A stretch of 64,000 nucleotides of DNA from Nitrospirota bacterium (GCA_024275955.1 JAJRYD010000029.1:4500-68499), one strand, 5' to 3'. Numbered from the stretch's first letter, positions 30,701-39,868 are shown. Notes: a model not told the origin generated them from the sequence alone. Numbers and translations: made by a program.

Positions 30701-31151
30701 TATCGAGCGAAGCAGGCTGTCCGCGACCAGCAAAATCAAGAAAATAGCACGCGAAGAATATCTCCGGCGGCTCGACTCGATGCAAGAGGAATTTAAGATG
30801 GAGAGGGAGAGCCGGCTTGAACTATTGATAAGGGATATTGACTCTGAAAAGAAAATTCAAATGAGCCGTATAGGTGAGACGATTTTAAGGAAAAAGGAAG
30901 ATGCTCTTTTAGAGCTTGAAAACGAGCTAATCGGGGTTAGGGCTAAAAAGCTGTCTGAGGTAGAAAGATATGTGGAAACTCAAGAAAGGAAAGTAGATGA
31001 AAGGCTCGACAAAAGATATTCCGAGCTTTTAAGGAAAAAAGATGAGTGGGTAGATTTTGAGGCGAGAAAGACAGCTATTAAAGCCAAGGAAAGATTGCAC
31101 GAGGAGCTTGAATCTGAAAAAGAGCGCTGGCTTCAGGGATACCTTGCGTAA
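27771..31151 (+). CDS. Giant protein (1126 aa): N-terminal ParA/MinD-superfamily P-loop ATPase-like domain fused to about 850 aa of continuous E/K/R-rich coiled coil
   Basis: The start codon is TTG. The P-loop reads VVSVTGTAGGAGKTTLAL followed by VLVVDLG, which is the ParA/MinD architecture but without the deviant-Walker-A signature lysine. Residues from about 330 to 1126 are heptad-like ERxxKE repeats. The gene ends at TAA 31149-31151, and the frame continues into 31185..31676. Confidence 0.7.
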   Translation: MTRENSIDPDRYTTGPPSLNSGGPSVVSVTGTAGGAGKTTLALCSGIAVASAGHRVLVVDLGYSGGRMLSLLGMSQPDRNLHNYFKRSKTLEEVIISTTVPHLSLIHGGAILTDSFQGKLTRINLLRNLRKLPFEFIFLDLGMLWNSQRSGLFASSDYRIVVGTEEESTSSAVVQLVSSNLFSELGDYPKLTREDRESLDAIENRFAYNPDFSVLGGQLKEQVPPLKEEWEKLFSGYEVNIFLNKVSSLDYFRFLKIGYEECFRNASLSGYRLLPIPNCLSFPEDLSAILNSSFFAACRGWIVDLLGLGGRENEDIEVIFSSAQELLKGGRVSAEIAGKPVVKNFGNEVEKIDREMELVRAEKFEAVNRAVEKSMFDRKKEASHKLELEAEEKRYALNDEVENQRRRFQLEMEREADILRAERDAKLSMEFNEKSAQFTEELSLIRASRIKDMESQLEKYYPSARAAFENEMKMKRKRREMEIEDELRLLKKKRLSKIENELAVEVDKVREMIWQELETKRETRMSQIDDRIHQYREEKRKEVDNEFKKKKSFQISKLDKEISVRRENLLMDIFKEVMETTSLLDEEEYQRKAKLQSRLNAELSEEREAAKARMRKEVDNYRDEKTAEILNQISAFKKEKMEMFKGEVDELRERLKEEATEEAEDVRKKIISKTSAILNRERIERMEKVDREIRAIRTSRELSLDKEMTKLEDKMRGEVHHRIIEEEKRLVSMLEKTFSDRKKEKENILRGFLKTERTKKITELNDDVKKLKQTMLENISSEMEVVKALQVENVETEVTSIREARHKELEKGLQDEIRERTRAISYAIRGKESKLRTEMAEGVSNEEVRLRALIHENLKVESNELRRKMLSKLASQEDELRTQSRVEVDNEKSRRMDELEREIDLKKRDGAELLEGWNSRKKAEMLRDVIAGISEEEKLRRELMSSELEYEMKNERRKRMIRLQRLEEEERKKLKLLIERSRLSATSKIKKIAREEYLRRLDSMQEEFKMERESRLELLIRDIDSEKKIQMSRIGETILRKKEDALLELENELIGVRAKKLSEVERYVETQERKVDERLDKRYSELLRKKDEWVDFEARKTAIKAKERLHEELESEKERWLQGYLA

Positions 31152-31184
31152 AGTAATTTAGAGAAAGAGCATCTTCGCTCCAAG

Positions 31185-31676
31185 ATGCTGGAAGAGATTA
31201 AAGACGAAAAGAAGAAAATGCTCGCGGAGGCTATGGAGTCGGTCGACATTGAGAGAGAAAAACGCTTTCTGGAGATAACGGAAAGCCTGCATGGTGAAAG
31301 CAGAAAGGAGCGAGAGTCTCTCTATAAGAAGCTGGAGCTTTGGGAGCTGGAGCGCAAAGGCGAGATAGAGAGTGAGCTTGACGAGGAAAAAGAAAAACGG
31401 CTTGAAGCTTTTGAAAGAGAAATGCAGATAGAGCGCAACAGAAAAATGGAGCAGATGCGTGTCGAGATTAAGACCGAGGAGTATTCCAAACGGCAGGAGA
31501 TACTTTCTGAAATAATGCAGAGAAAGTCGGAGCTTGATAACTTTTATCAGAATGAGAAAAAGAAATATCTTGAAAGACTGCAAGATGAAATTTTAAAGGA
31601 AGGACAAAAGGGTAGAGCGCCGGAAATTCTTCAAGACGAGATCGAAAGGCTTCAACGCAAATGGCGGATGAACTGA
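31185..31676 (+). CDS. Coiled-coil protein (163 aa), in the same frame as the giant upstream gene and separated from it only by one TAA plus 33 nt with no stop
   Basis: It has the same E/K/R-rich heptad composition (ERKGEIESELDEEKEKRLEAFEREMQIERNRKMEQ). It may be the C-terminal continuation of 27771..31151, disrupted by a nonsense codon. Confidence 0.5.
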   Translation: MLEEIKDEKKKMLAEAMESVDIEREKRFLEITESLHGESRKERESLYKKLELWELERKGEIESELDEEKEKRLEAFEREMQIERNRKMEQMRVEIKTEEYSKRQEILSEIMQRKSELDNFYQNEKKKYLERLQDEILKEGQKGRAPEILQDEIERLQRKWRMN

Positions 31677-32162
31677 CCGGCAATAGGCCACGGATAGGCA
31701 AGGTATTCGGCTCTTAATCTTTAGACGGCAATATCTTAGAGAACCTGCGCTCAGCTCGCTTATGATCGAGTTTGCCAAGAAGGATGCCGGAAATAATGTA
31801 AACGGGCAGTTACACAGAATTATTTACAGGGTCTTTTTTTGTCGTACATTTTTAGTTTTTATAAACTTCTGTTTTTGCCTTTAGGCGCGCGTACGCAGGC
31901 AGTTCGTTAATTTTTCGCAAAACTACCCCTCCAGTTCCCCGCCTGCGGTCTCTACCGTTTTGACAGCCACTAGGAGTTTTCTTAAATTTTTTTTGCGTCT
32001 CTCTTGAGTTGATAGAGAAGTGAACCTCTTGCTCCTTATTTTTAAACCGTACGACAATGCAGACGGTAATGAGTTTACAAGCGTATTTTCAGTTATTTAT
32101 TCTTTAAAGCGACTTTAAGTGATTGCCTGTAAATAGTCGTCGTGGTAATGTAACTCCCTTAT

Positions 32163-33032
32163 TTGGAACTGATTTTCAACCTAAACGGTGGAGTTTTTGT
32201 GAACTTTACGAACGACATTGACGAACTAAAAGAGATATCCCGCAGGATGCGGATTGACATACTTAAGATGCTCCATAAATCTGGTTCTGGGCATCCTGGC
32301 GGGTCGCTTTCCTGCGTAGACTTTCTGGTCGCTCTTTATTTTTCCAAGCTGGACCACTCTCCTGCTAGAGGTAAAAGAGATAAGCGCGACAAATTTGTCC
32401 TCTCCAAGGGGCATGCGGCACCTGCCCTTTATTCCGTTTTAGCCGAGGCCGGGTATTTTGACAAGGACGAACTCTGGACACTCCGGCAACTCAAAAGTTC
32501 GCTCAGCGGCCACCCACACGCTCTTTCTACCCCCGGTGTCGAGATAACAACCGGCTCGCTTGGTCAGGGGCTTTCGCAGGCAAACGGCATAGCGCTGGCC
32601 GATAGGCTAAACGGCCACGATTCCAATGTTTACTGCGTTATTGGCGATGGCGAAAACCAAGAAGGGCAGATATGGGAAGCGGCGATGACAGCGGCTCATT
32701 ACAAGCTTGGGGGGATGATTGTGTTTCTCGATAATAACGACCTGCAGATTGATGGTCATCTGCGTGATGTTATGAGCATATACCCGATAAAGGAGAAGTG
32801 GGAAGCTTTTGGCTGGCACCTAGAGGAGATAGACGGCCACGACTTTGGGCAGATATTCGAGGCTATTGAGAACGCAAAGAAGGAGAAGGAAAAGCCTTCG
32901 CTGATATGGGGACATACAGTGAAAGGTAAAGGCGTTTCCTTTATGGAAGGCTTGGCGAAATGGCATGGCGTGGTGCCAAGCGATGAAGAACTAAAAACAG
33001 CTCTTAAAGAGCTTGCGCCGGCGGGGAAATAG
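32163..33032 (+). CDS. Transketolase, N-terminal (TPP-binding PP domain) subunit of a split transketolase
   Basis: Motifs GHPGGSLS, VIGDGENQEGQIWEA and LDNNDLQIDG are present. It is followed 2 nt later by the C-terminal subunit in a different frame, which is the canonical split-tkt arrangement. Confidence 0.9.
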   Translation: MELIFNLNGGVFVNFTNDIDELKEISRRMRIDILKMLHKSGSGHPGGSLSCVDFLVALYFSKLDHSPARGKRDKRDKFVLSKGHAAPALYSVLAEAGYFDKDELWTLRQLKSSLSGHPHALSTPGVEITTGSLGQGLSQANGIALADRLNGHDSNVYCVIGDGENQEGQIWEAAMTAAHYKLGGMIVFLDNNDLQIDGHLRDVMSIYPIKEKWEAFGWHLEEIDGHDFGQIFEAIENAKKEKEKPSLIWGHTVKGKGVSFMEGLAKWHGVVPSDEELKTALKELAPAGK

Positions 33033-33034
33033 AG

Positions 33035-33985
33035 ATGGCAGAACAGTTGGCTCTTCGTGAATATTACGGCAAAACGATTGTCGAGCTTGGGGAAACCAAT
33101 AAAGATATTGTGGTGCTGGATGCCGATCTTTCCGGCTCTACCAAAACATCGATGTTCGCGAAAAAATTCCCTGACCGTTTTTTTAATATGGGGGTGGCCG
33201 AGCAGAATCTTATAGGCACAGCGTCTGGGCTGGCGGCTGGCGGCAAAATACCTTTTGCCTCTACCTTTTCCATTTTCGCGAGCGGCAGGGCGTGGGAGCA
33301 GGTAAGGCAGGCGGTATGTTATCCGAGACAGAATGTAAAGATAGTCGCCACTCATGGCGGTATTACCGTCGGGCCGGACGGCCCTTCGCATCAGGCGACG
33401 GAAGATGTTTCGCTCATGCGCTCGATACCTAATATGAACGTAGTAGTGCCGGCCGACGCATACGAGACAGCGGCGGCTGTAAGGAGAGCGGCTGAATATA
33501 ATGGGCCTGTTTTTATACGCCTCGCGCGCGGAAAATTTCCGGTAATTTATGACGAGTCTAAAACCTATTCGTTTGGGAAAGCCGATTTTCTAAAGAAAGG
33601 GAGCGGCCTTTCGATCATCGCGTGCGGGCTTATGGTAAGCATAGCGATGGAAGCGGCCGAGATCTTAGAAAATGACGGCGAGTCTGTCTCGGTTATTAAT
33701 ATGTCGAGCATTAAACCGCTGGACAAAGAGGCGGTTTTGACAGCGGCTCGGGAAACTGGAGCTATAGTAACAGCTGAAGAGCATTCCATAATAGGCGGGC
33801 TTGGCAGTGCGGTTGCGGAGACGGTTTGCGAGGATGAGCCTGTGCCTGTTGTAAGAGTCGGCGTTCGGGATATGTTCTGCTCTTCCGGTTCAGCAGAGGA
33901 ACTGCTTGAGTGCTATCATCTTGACAGCAAGTCGATAGTGGAAGCTGGGAGGAAGGCGCTTTCTCTTAAAAGGCCGACCGGCTAA
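33035..33985 (+). CDS. Transketolase, C-terminal (Pyr and C-terminal domain) subunit
   Basis: It has the transketolase pyrimidine-binding domain (FFNMGVAEQNLIGTASGLA) and the C-terminal domain. Confidence 0.9.
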   Translation: MAEQLALREYYGKTIVELGETNKDIVVLDADLSGSTKTSMFAKKFPDRFFNMGVAEQNLIGTASGLAAGGKIPFASTFSIFASGRAWEQVRQAVCYPRQNVKIVATHGGITVGPDGPSHQATEDVSLMRSIPNMNVVVPADAYETAAAVRRAAEYNGPVFIRLARGKFPVIYDESKTYSFGKADFLKKGSGLSIIACGLMVSIAMEAAEILENDGESVSVINMSSIKPLDKEAVLTAARETGAIVTAEEHSIIGGLGSAVAETVCEDEPVPVVRVGVRDMFCSSGSAEELLECYHLDSKSIVEAGRKALSLKRPTG

Positions 33986-34006
33986 ACCCTAAAATTGGAA
34001 TTGTAA

Positions 34007-34486
34007 ATGGGAGTAGCAGTCTATCCGGGAACTTTTGACCCTGTTACCAACGGGCATCTTGATTTGATTAACAGGAGTTTATCAGTTTTTGGAAAGGTAA
34101 TCGTCGCTGTTGCCGATAACAGCGGGAAAGGCCCGTTATTTACTGTTGATGAGAGGGTGGAGCTTGTGAGAGAATCTACAAAAGGTATTGCGGGTGTGGA
34201 GATTTTTTCCTTTAATAACCTCCTGACGGAGTTTTGTACTATGCATGGTGCTACGGTTGTAGTGCGTGGCCTGAGAGCTGTTTCCGACTTTGAGTACGAA
34301 TTACAGCTTAGCCAGATGAACCGAAAATTAAACGATAAAATAGAATCAGTTTTTTTGATGCCTAGCGAGGAGTACACTTTTCTAAGCTCCAAAATAATTA
34401 AAGAGGTAGCAAGCTTCGGCGGTGATGTTTCGAGCCTTGTGCCGTTGCCTGTAGAAGATGCGTTAAAGAGAAAGTTTGGCAGGTAA
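34007..34486 (+). CDS. coaD: Phosphopantetheine adenylyltransferase
   Basis: The N-terminus carries YPGTFDPVTNGHLDLI (the H/TxGH nucleotidyltransferase motif). Length is 159 aa. It ends with TAA. Confidence 0.95.
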   Translation: MGVAVYPGTFDPVTNGHLDLINRSLSVFGKVIVAVADNSGKGPLFTVDERVELVRESTKGIAGVEIFSFNNLLTEFCTMHGATVVVRGLRAVSDFEYELQLSQMNRKLNDKIESVFLMPSEEYTFLSSKIIKEVASFGGDVSSLVPLPVEDALKRKFGR

Positions 34487-34494
34487 AGAATAAG

Positions 34495-35685
34495 ATGAAA
34501 CTAGCAAAAAGAATGTCGTCTTTCGCCCCTTCGGCGACAATGGCAATAGGCGCTCTGGTTAATGAAAAGCGGAACGAAGGCAAAGATATTATCGGGTTTT
34601 CTGCTGGTGAGCCTGATTTCGACGTGCCTGACTTCGCAAAAGAGGCGGCGATAAAAGCGATAAGAGAGGGAAAGAACAAGTACACTCCTGTCGGCGGGCA
34701 TGACGTTCTCAAGGACGCGATAATTAACCATATAAAAAAAGAGACAGGTATTTCGTATACCAAAAAAGAGGTTATGGTCTCGCTTGGTGGCAAACATTCG
34801 CTTTATAACATTTCGCAGGTGCTTTTCGAAGAAGGCGACGAGGTTATTATTTTTGCTCCTTACTGGGTGAGCTACCCGGACCAGATAAAACTTGCCGGAG
34901 GCAAGCCGGTAATAATCAACTGTGCCGGAGAGAACGGATTTAATCCCGACCCTGATGAAATTACGGCAAAAATCACAGAAAAAACTAAAGGGATAATTCT
35001 AAATTCTCCAAGCAACCCGTCTGGCGGAGTTTTTACCGACGCAGTTGTAAGGAAGATAGCCGACCTTGTGGTTAAGCATAACCTTGTGCTTATATCCGAT
35101 GAAATATACGACAAAATAGTTTATGACGGGGTAAAACCGCTCGCGCCTATAACGATAAGCGAGGAGGTTAGAAAACGGACTCTGCTTGTGAACGGGTTTT
35201 CAAAAACATTTTCGATGACCGGCTGGAGGCTTGGGTATACTCTTGGGCCGCAGGATATAATTTCCGCGATGGTAAAGATACAGGGGCAGTCGACTTCTAA
35301 TCCTGTAACGCCTATGCAGTTTGGAGCGGCCGAAGCTCTTTGCGATTTTTCATTTTTAAGTGAGAGGGTGGAAACGTTTCGTGAAAGACGGGATATAATG
35401 GTGAAGGCTATGAATTTGCTGGACGGCGTTGAGTCTGTTTCTCCAAAGGGAGCGTTTTATCTTTTTCCAGATTTTTCAAAATGGATAGGTAAGACAGTTG
35501 ATGGTGAGAGAATAGATAACTCGCTTAAACTTACGGAGCTTTTAATAGAGAAGGCGCTTATAGCTCCGGTGCCAGGCTCTGCTTTCGGGATGGAAAACCA
35601 CCTTCGTTTTTCCTATGCCATGGATACAGAGCGGCTTAAAGAAGGGCTTGTCCGTCTTGCCGATTTTGCCAAACGTATGAGCTGA
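34495..35685 (+). CDS. Aspartate/aromatic aminotransferase, class I, PLP-dependent
   Basis: It has the fold-type I aminotransferase pattern, with LNSPSNPSGGVF and the PLP lysine in NGFSKTFSMTGWRLGY. Confidence 0.9.
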   Translation: MKLAKRMSSFAPSATMAIGALVNEKRNEGKDIIGFSAGEPDFDVPDFAKEAAIKAIREGKNKYTPVGGHDVLKDAIINHIKKETGISYTKKEVMVSLGGKHSLYNISQVLFEEGDEVIIFAPYWVSYPDQIKLAGGKPVIINCAGENGFNPDPDEITAKITEKTKGIILNSPSNPSGGVFTDAVVRKIADLVVKHNLVLISDEIYDKIVYDGVKPLAPITISEEVRKRTLLVNGFSKTFSMTGWRLGYTLGPQDIISAMVKIQGQSTSNPVTPMQFGAAEALCDFSFLSERVETFRERRDIMVKAMNLLDGVESVSPKGAFYLFPDFSKWIGKTVDGERIDNSLKLTELLIEKALIAPVPGSAFGMENHLRFSYAMDTERLKEGLVRLADFAKRMS

Positions 35686-35974
35686 TTTCCACTTTTCTCC
35701 GCAGAACTTTAACTCTCGCCTGAGTTTGGACTTTTATAGTTTAATATGTTGCTGAAATTTTGGCACCGGCAGGCTAGTGTATGTAATGAATAATTGCGTT
35801 TTAAGTATATCTAATACGCTTTTTCTTCTCATAGCTTATGCTGTTTTATAAAGCCTGTTTAGGCGGTTGGCTAGTTCTTGGCACAAGGGTATAATAATTT
35901 GCTAAATTAAGGTTGCTTTGCACTCCATCGCATGGCTTGAGGCGGTGATATGGCTGGCTGATTAAAGGGGATAT

Positions 35975-38101
35975 ATGGGGAAAGCTGAAGCAGGGAAGAT
36001 GCCGATAAAGGATATTCTTACCTCCAAGGTTGTATTTTGCGACCCAGATAGTCATCTTTCTGTTGCGGCCAACACCATGATAGAAAAGAAGATAAGTTCT
36101 CTTTTGGTAGTGGATGGCGATACGCCTATCGGCATAGTTACCGAGAGCAATCTGGTAAGAATGGCAAATGACGGCAGACCATTTGAGACGACCAAAGTGA
36201 AAGATGTAATGAGCAGTCCGCTTGTTACCGCTCATGGTGATCTCGATGTTTTTGACGCTTACCGTGTTATCTGTTCCAACGGTATTCGCCACATAGCGAT
36301 TGTCGATGACGACGGCAAGGCTGTTGGTATCGTGAGTTATACAAACATAATATCCGGCATGGGGCTGGCGCAGGGGATGGTGCGTAAAGTTTCCAAAATA
36401 ATGACAAAAAAGCCTTTGACCTGCTCCCCATCTGACAGCCTTAAAGAGGTAATATCCAAAATGGTTGAGGAAAATTTCAGCTATACCATTGCTATGAAAG
36501 AGCGGAAGCCTTTGGGGATTGTAAGCGAACGGGATGTAGCAAGGCTTCTAACCGAGAGGGCCGCTCTCGATAGGCTGACTGTGGCTGAGGTGATGAGCCA
36601 CCCTCTTTTATCTATCGACCCGAACATGCCTATTCAAGAGGCGGCGCGCTTAATGCGGGAGAGAAAACATAGACGGCTTGTGGTGACAAGCGGAAACGGG
36701 AACCTGTCTGGAGTGGTTTCTCAGGGCGATATTATCAAAGGAATGATGGAAGGCAGGTATATCCAATCGCTAAAAGATATCGTAATGAAAGAGGAGCAGG
36801 TTCTAAGCGCTTTTGAAGAGACTTTAATAAAGAAAACTATTTTTCTCGACAGCATGCTTAATTCGGCCAAAGACCTCGCGGTAATAGCTACCGATACTGA
36901 GATGCGGATCGTTTATTTTAATTCTGCGGCTGAAGATGTTTTTGGGTACAAGCTAAATCAGGTGATTGGTAAAACCGTCATGCAGATACATAGCAAAGAG
37001 AAAGACGGCAATTTTATGAATTTTGAGATGGCTATGAATCAGGTGAGGGAAGAAGGCGAATATAGCGTAATCATCGAGTTAAAAAGAGGCTGTGAAAAAA
37101 GAGTTGTCGGCTTGAGAATATCGCCGATTATTGATTACCGCGACAGGAAAAAGACTACTCAAGGGTTTATGCTGATGGGCAAGAATATAGAAGGGCGGAT
37201 GCGTAATGAGGACATACTAAGACAGCAGGAAGCAAAATGGCGTTCTCTTTTTGAGAGTTCCAAAGATGTTGTCTACATATCCGACCTTGACGGGAACCTG
37301 ATTGAAATGAACCAGACAGGCGCCGACCTTTTTGGCTATAAACAAGAAGAAATACTAAGCAAAAATATGAAAGAGTTTTACAAAAACCCTGAAGATAGAG
37401 ACGCATTCGTGGAAAAGATAAGAACTCACAAGTATGTGAAAGACCACGAGGCAGAACTTGTAAATAGAAAGGGAGAACTGATTTTTGCCCGCATTACCGC
37501 CGCTATCCAAAAAGACAAGGCGGGGAAAATCTCCGGCTATCAGGGGATAATAAGGGACGCTACGGAGCATAAGAAAAAAGAAGAAGCGATAAGCTTCCTT
37601 GCTTTCCACGACGCGCTTACATCACTGCCTAATAGACGCACGTTTGAAGATAGGCTCTCGAATACTCTTGAGCATGCCAAACGAACCAAAGAGACGGGGG
37701 CGGTGATGTTTATGGACCTAGACGGCTTCAAGGCGGTAAACGATAACCTTGGACACGATGTGGGAGACGCACTGCTTAAAAAGGTCGCGGAGATACTTAA
37801 CAGCTGTGTACGAGCGGAAGATACCGTGGCAAGATTCGGCGGAGACGAGTTTGTAATTCTGCTTCCGGTTGTAAGAAGTGTGAAAGATGCCGCTATGGTC
37901 GCCAACAAGGTGGTCGGTGCTATCAACCAGACCCAGAAGATAATGTGTAACGATCTGCTGGTAGGAATGAGTATTGGTATAGCACTCTTCCCTGATGACG
38001 GCCTTCAGCCCGACATACTTATCAAAAAGGCGGATAACGCGATGTATCTTGCCAAGCAGTCCGGCAAGAACTGCTATAAGGTTTATTCAGAAAACTTTTA
38101 A
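35975..38101 (+). CDS. Sensor diguanylate cyclase: four CBS domains, two PAS domains and a GGDEF domain
   Basis: Four CBS repeats (for example VTAHGDLDVFDAYRVICSNGIRHIAIVDDDGK) lie at the N-terminus. Two PAS domains follow. The C-terminal GGDEF domain has the intact active-site motif RFGGDEF and an RxxD-like I-site region. Confidence 0.85.
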   Translation: MGKAEAGKMPIKDILTSKVVFCDPDSHLSVAANTMIEKKISSLLVVDGDTPIGIVTESNLVRMANDGRPFETTKVKDVMSSPLVTAHGDLDVFDAYRVICSNGIRHIAIVDDDGKAVGIVSYTNIISGMGLAQGMVRKVSKIMTKKPLTCSPSDSLKEVISKMVEENFSYTIAMKERKPLGIVSERDVARLLTERAALDRLTVAEVMSHPLLSIDPNMPIQEAARLMRERKHRRLVVTSGNGNLSGVVSQGDIIKGMMEGRYIQSLKDIVMKEEQVLSAFEETLIKKTIFLDSMLNSAKDLAVIATDTEMRIVYFNSAAEDVFGYKLNQVIGKTVMQIHSKEKDGNFMNFEMAMNQVREEGEYSVIIELKRGCEKRVVGLRISPIIDYRDRKKTTQGFMLMGKNIEGRMRNEDILRQQEAKWRSLFESSKDVVYISDLDGNLIEMNQTGADLFGYKQEEILSKNMKEFYKNPEDRDAFVEKIRTHKYVKDHEAELVNRKGELIFARITAAIQKDKAGKISGYQGIIRDATEHKKKEEAISFLAFHDALTSLPNRRTFEDRLSNTLEHAKRTKETGAVMFMDLDGFKAVNDNLGHDVGDALLKKVAEILNSCVRAEDTVARFGGDEFVILLPVVRSVKDAAMVANKVVGAINQTQKIMCNDLLVGMSIGIALFPDDGLQPDILIKKADNAMYLAKQSGKNCYKVYSENF

Positions 38102-38133
38102 CAAGCCGGATTGCCCTTTCGCGGCAGACAGGC

Positions 38134-39057
38134 TCACGGTTTTTCCATGTTTCTTAGCCGTATAAGGAGCTTTGCGAAATCTTCCGGCTGTTCGGCCGTA
38201 AATGTCATCTCTTTTTTTGTTTTGGGATGTATGAGCCTTAGTTCCGCCGCATGGAGGGCGGGGCGGGATATAAGTTTTGTTCTGCGTTTTCCATATACCA
38301 TGTCGCCTAGTATCGGGTGGTTTATCGACGCGAGATGCACCCTTATCTGGTGCGTTCTGCCTGTCCGCAGTTTTACCTTTAGGAACGTAGCTTCTTCGTA
38401 GGTTTCAACCGTCTCAAAGTCCGTTACCGCCTCTTTAGGGGCATTGGTATTTACCGACATTTTTTTTCTATGCTGTGGGTGCCTGCCTATCGGCTTTTCT
38501 ATTCTGCCTTTTTCTTCCCGCATAACTCCGCGTACGACAGCTAGGTAGGCGCGTCCCATAGTATGTTTTGCAAGCTGTTCGCTAAGCGAGAGATGCGCCG
38601 TATCGTTTTTTGCTATCGCTATAAGGCCGGATGTCTCTTTGTCGAGACGATGCACGATGCCGGGGCGCAGTTCGCCGCCTATCCCGGAAAGGTTTTTACA
38701 ATGGTGCAAAAGAGCGTTTACCAGAGTGCCGGTCAAGTTTCCTTTGGCAGGATGAACCACCATCCCGACAGCCTTGTTGACGATTACGATGTCGCCATCT
38801 TCGTAAACGATATCAAGCGGTATATCTTCAGCTATCGTATCTACTGTCTGTGGAATTTCTGGAGCTATTTCGAATTTATCGCCGGCTTTGGTATGGCGGC
38901 TCGGCAGTACCGCCTTGCCGTTCATTAATATCTTTTTTTCCTTTATAAGGCGAGTAACTTTTACGCGTGTAAATTCCGAAAGCTCTCCCGCTAGGTAGCG
39001 GTCTACCCGTATATCTTCGTCCCCCTCCCGCACTACCACAGTTATCGTTTCTGCCAT
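38134..39057 (-). CDS. rluD: 23S rRNA pseudouridine synthase, RluA family (RluD-like) with an S4 domain
   Basis: I trimmed the start from the 367-aa ORF to the internal ATG at 39055-39057 (MAETITVV...). The protein has an S4 RNA-binding N-terminus and the catalytic motif HRLDKETSGLI. Confidence 0.85.
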   Translation of the reverse strand: MAETITVVVREGDEDIRVDRYLAGELSEFTRVKVTRLIKEKKILMNGKAVLPSRHTKAGDKFEIAPEIPQTVDTIAEDIPLDIVYEDGDIVIVNKAVGMVVHPAKGNLTGTLVNALLHHCKNLSGIGGELRPGIVHRLDKETSGLIAIAKNDTAHLSLSEQLAKHTMGRAYLAVVRGVMREEKGRIEKPIGRHPQHRKKMSVNTNAPKEAVTDFETVETYEEATFLKVKLRTGRTHQIRVHLASINHPILGDMVYGKRRTKLISRPALHAAELRLIHPKTKKEMTFTAEQPEDFAKLLIRLRNMEKP

Positions 39058-39538
39058 GGCGCTATAATACCGCTTATCGGAGGTTTGCTGATAAAGATTG
39101 TTTGCGGGGAGAGCCGAAAGCTCAATATATGATTTGAATTTGAAGGGTGGTGGCGATACCCAAAAGGTGATGATAGAGAGCATAAAAACAGGTATCACCA
39201 AAACAGTTGGGGCGATTAAACGAGAAAGAAGCATCAACAGTAACTAAGAACAGTCTTTGGCGGTAACGGTATGGAAAACCTGTTGGTGAATTTTCAAGGC
39301 TGTTGTTGTGAATTATTATTTGCAAGACGGGTGACGCTTTGGGGGGGAATAAAATTTTCTAATAAATAATGGTTTTAGGTTTTACGGTTTGTTTTTGCAG
39401 GTGCCGGTTTCTCTGCTTCTAAAGCTGTTATAAGGTGACGGTTTGAGCGTAAAAAACAGCTCTATAAATCTTTTTGATATCGGCTGAGCGGTTCTTTATT
39501 TTTAACAAAGTATTATTTTAGGTTTGGTTCTGGTATAG

Positions 39539-39564
39539 TTGCCCCTTAATTGCAGGGGGGGCAA
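39539..39564 (+). promoter_or_regulatory. Hairpin (TTGCCCC / 12-nt loop / GGGGCAA) that engulfs the SD and the first base of the start codon of the DUF59 gene
   Basis: The perfect 7-bp stem spans 39539-39545 and 39558-39564. The G-rich SD-like GGGGGGG lies in the loop and stem. The ATG is at 39564-39566. Confidence 0.3.
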
Positions 39565-39860
39565 TGCATAAGGAAGATATTTTAGATAGCCTTAAATCGG
39601 TTATCGACCCAGAACTCGGCATAAACATAGTCGATTTGGGTTTGATCTATAATGTTAATGTCAGCGGTAACGACGTTTTTGTTACGATGATGATGACTTC
39701 ACAGGCTTGCCCGATGGGAGACCTCCTTAAAATCGAAGTGGTTGATGCCATCAGGAAGATTTTTCCGTCCGCGGGAAAGGTAGAAGCAGTTCTTACGGTA
39801 GATCCGCCGTGGACAAACGAAATGATGTCGGGCGACGCAAGGAAACAGCTTGGACTCTAA
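39564..39860 (+). CDS. DUF59 / MIP18-family Fe-S cluster assembly protein (SufT/PaaD-like)
   Basis: It carries the motif LKSVIDPELGINIVDLGLIY...MTSQACPMG. Confidence 0.8.
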   Translation: MHKEDILDSLKSVIDPELGINIVDLGLIYNVNVSGNDVFVTMMMTSQACPMGDLLKIEVVDAIRKIFPSAGKVEAVLTVDPPWTNEMMSGDARKQLGL

Positions 39861-39868
39861 AGGTTTCG

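Noticed and set aside
32163-33985. Transketolase encoded as two ORFs; possible pseudogene
   Set aside because: The two ORFs are in different frames and 2 nt apart, and each carries a complete domain. This is the well-known natural split-transketolase arrangement, not a disruption.
35860-35900. TGGCAC ... TTGCT resembling a sigma-54 promoter upstream of the GGDEF gene
   Set aside because: The two elements are separated by about 14 nt instead of the required 4-5 nt. An embedded TATAAT is too close to TTGGCA for sigma-70 geometry.
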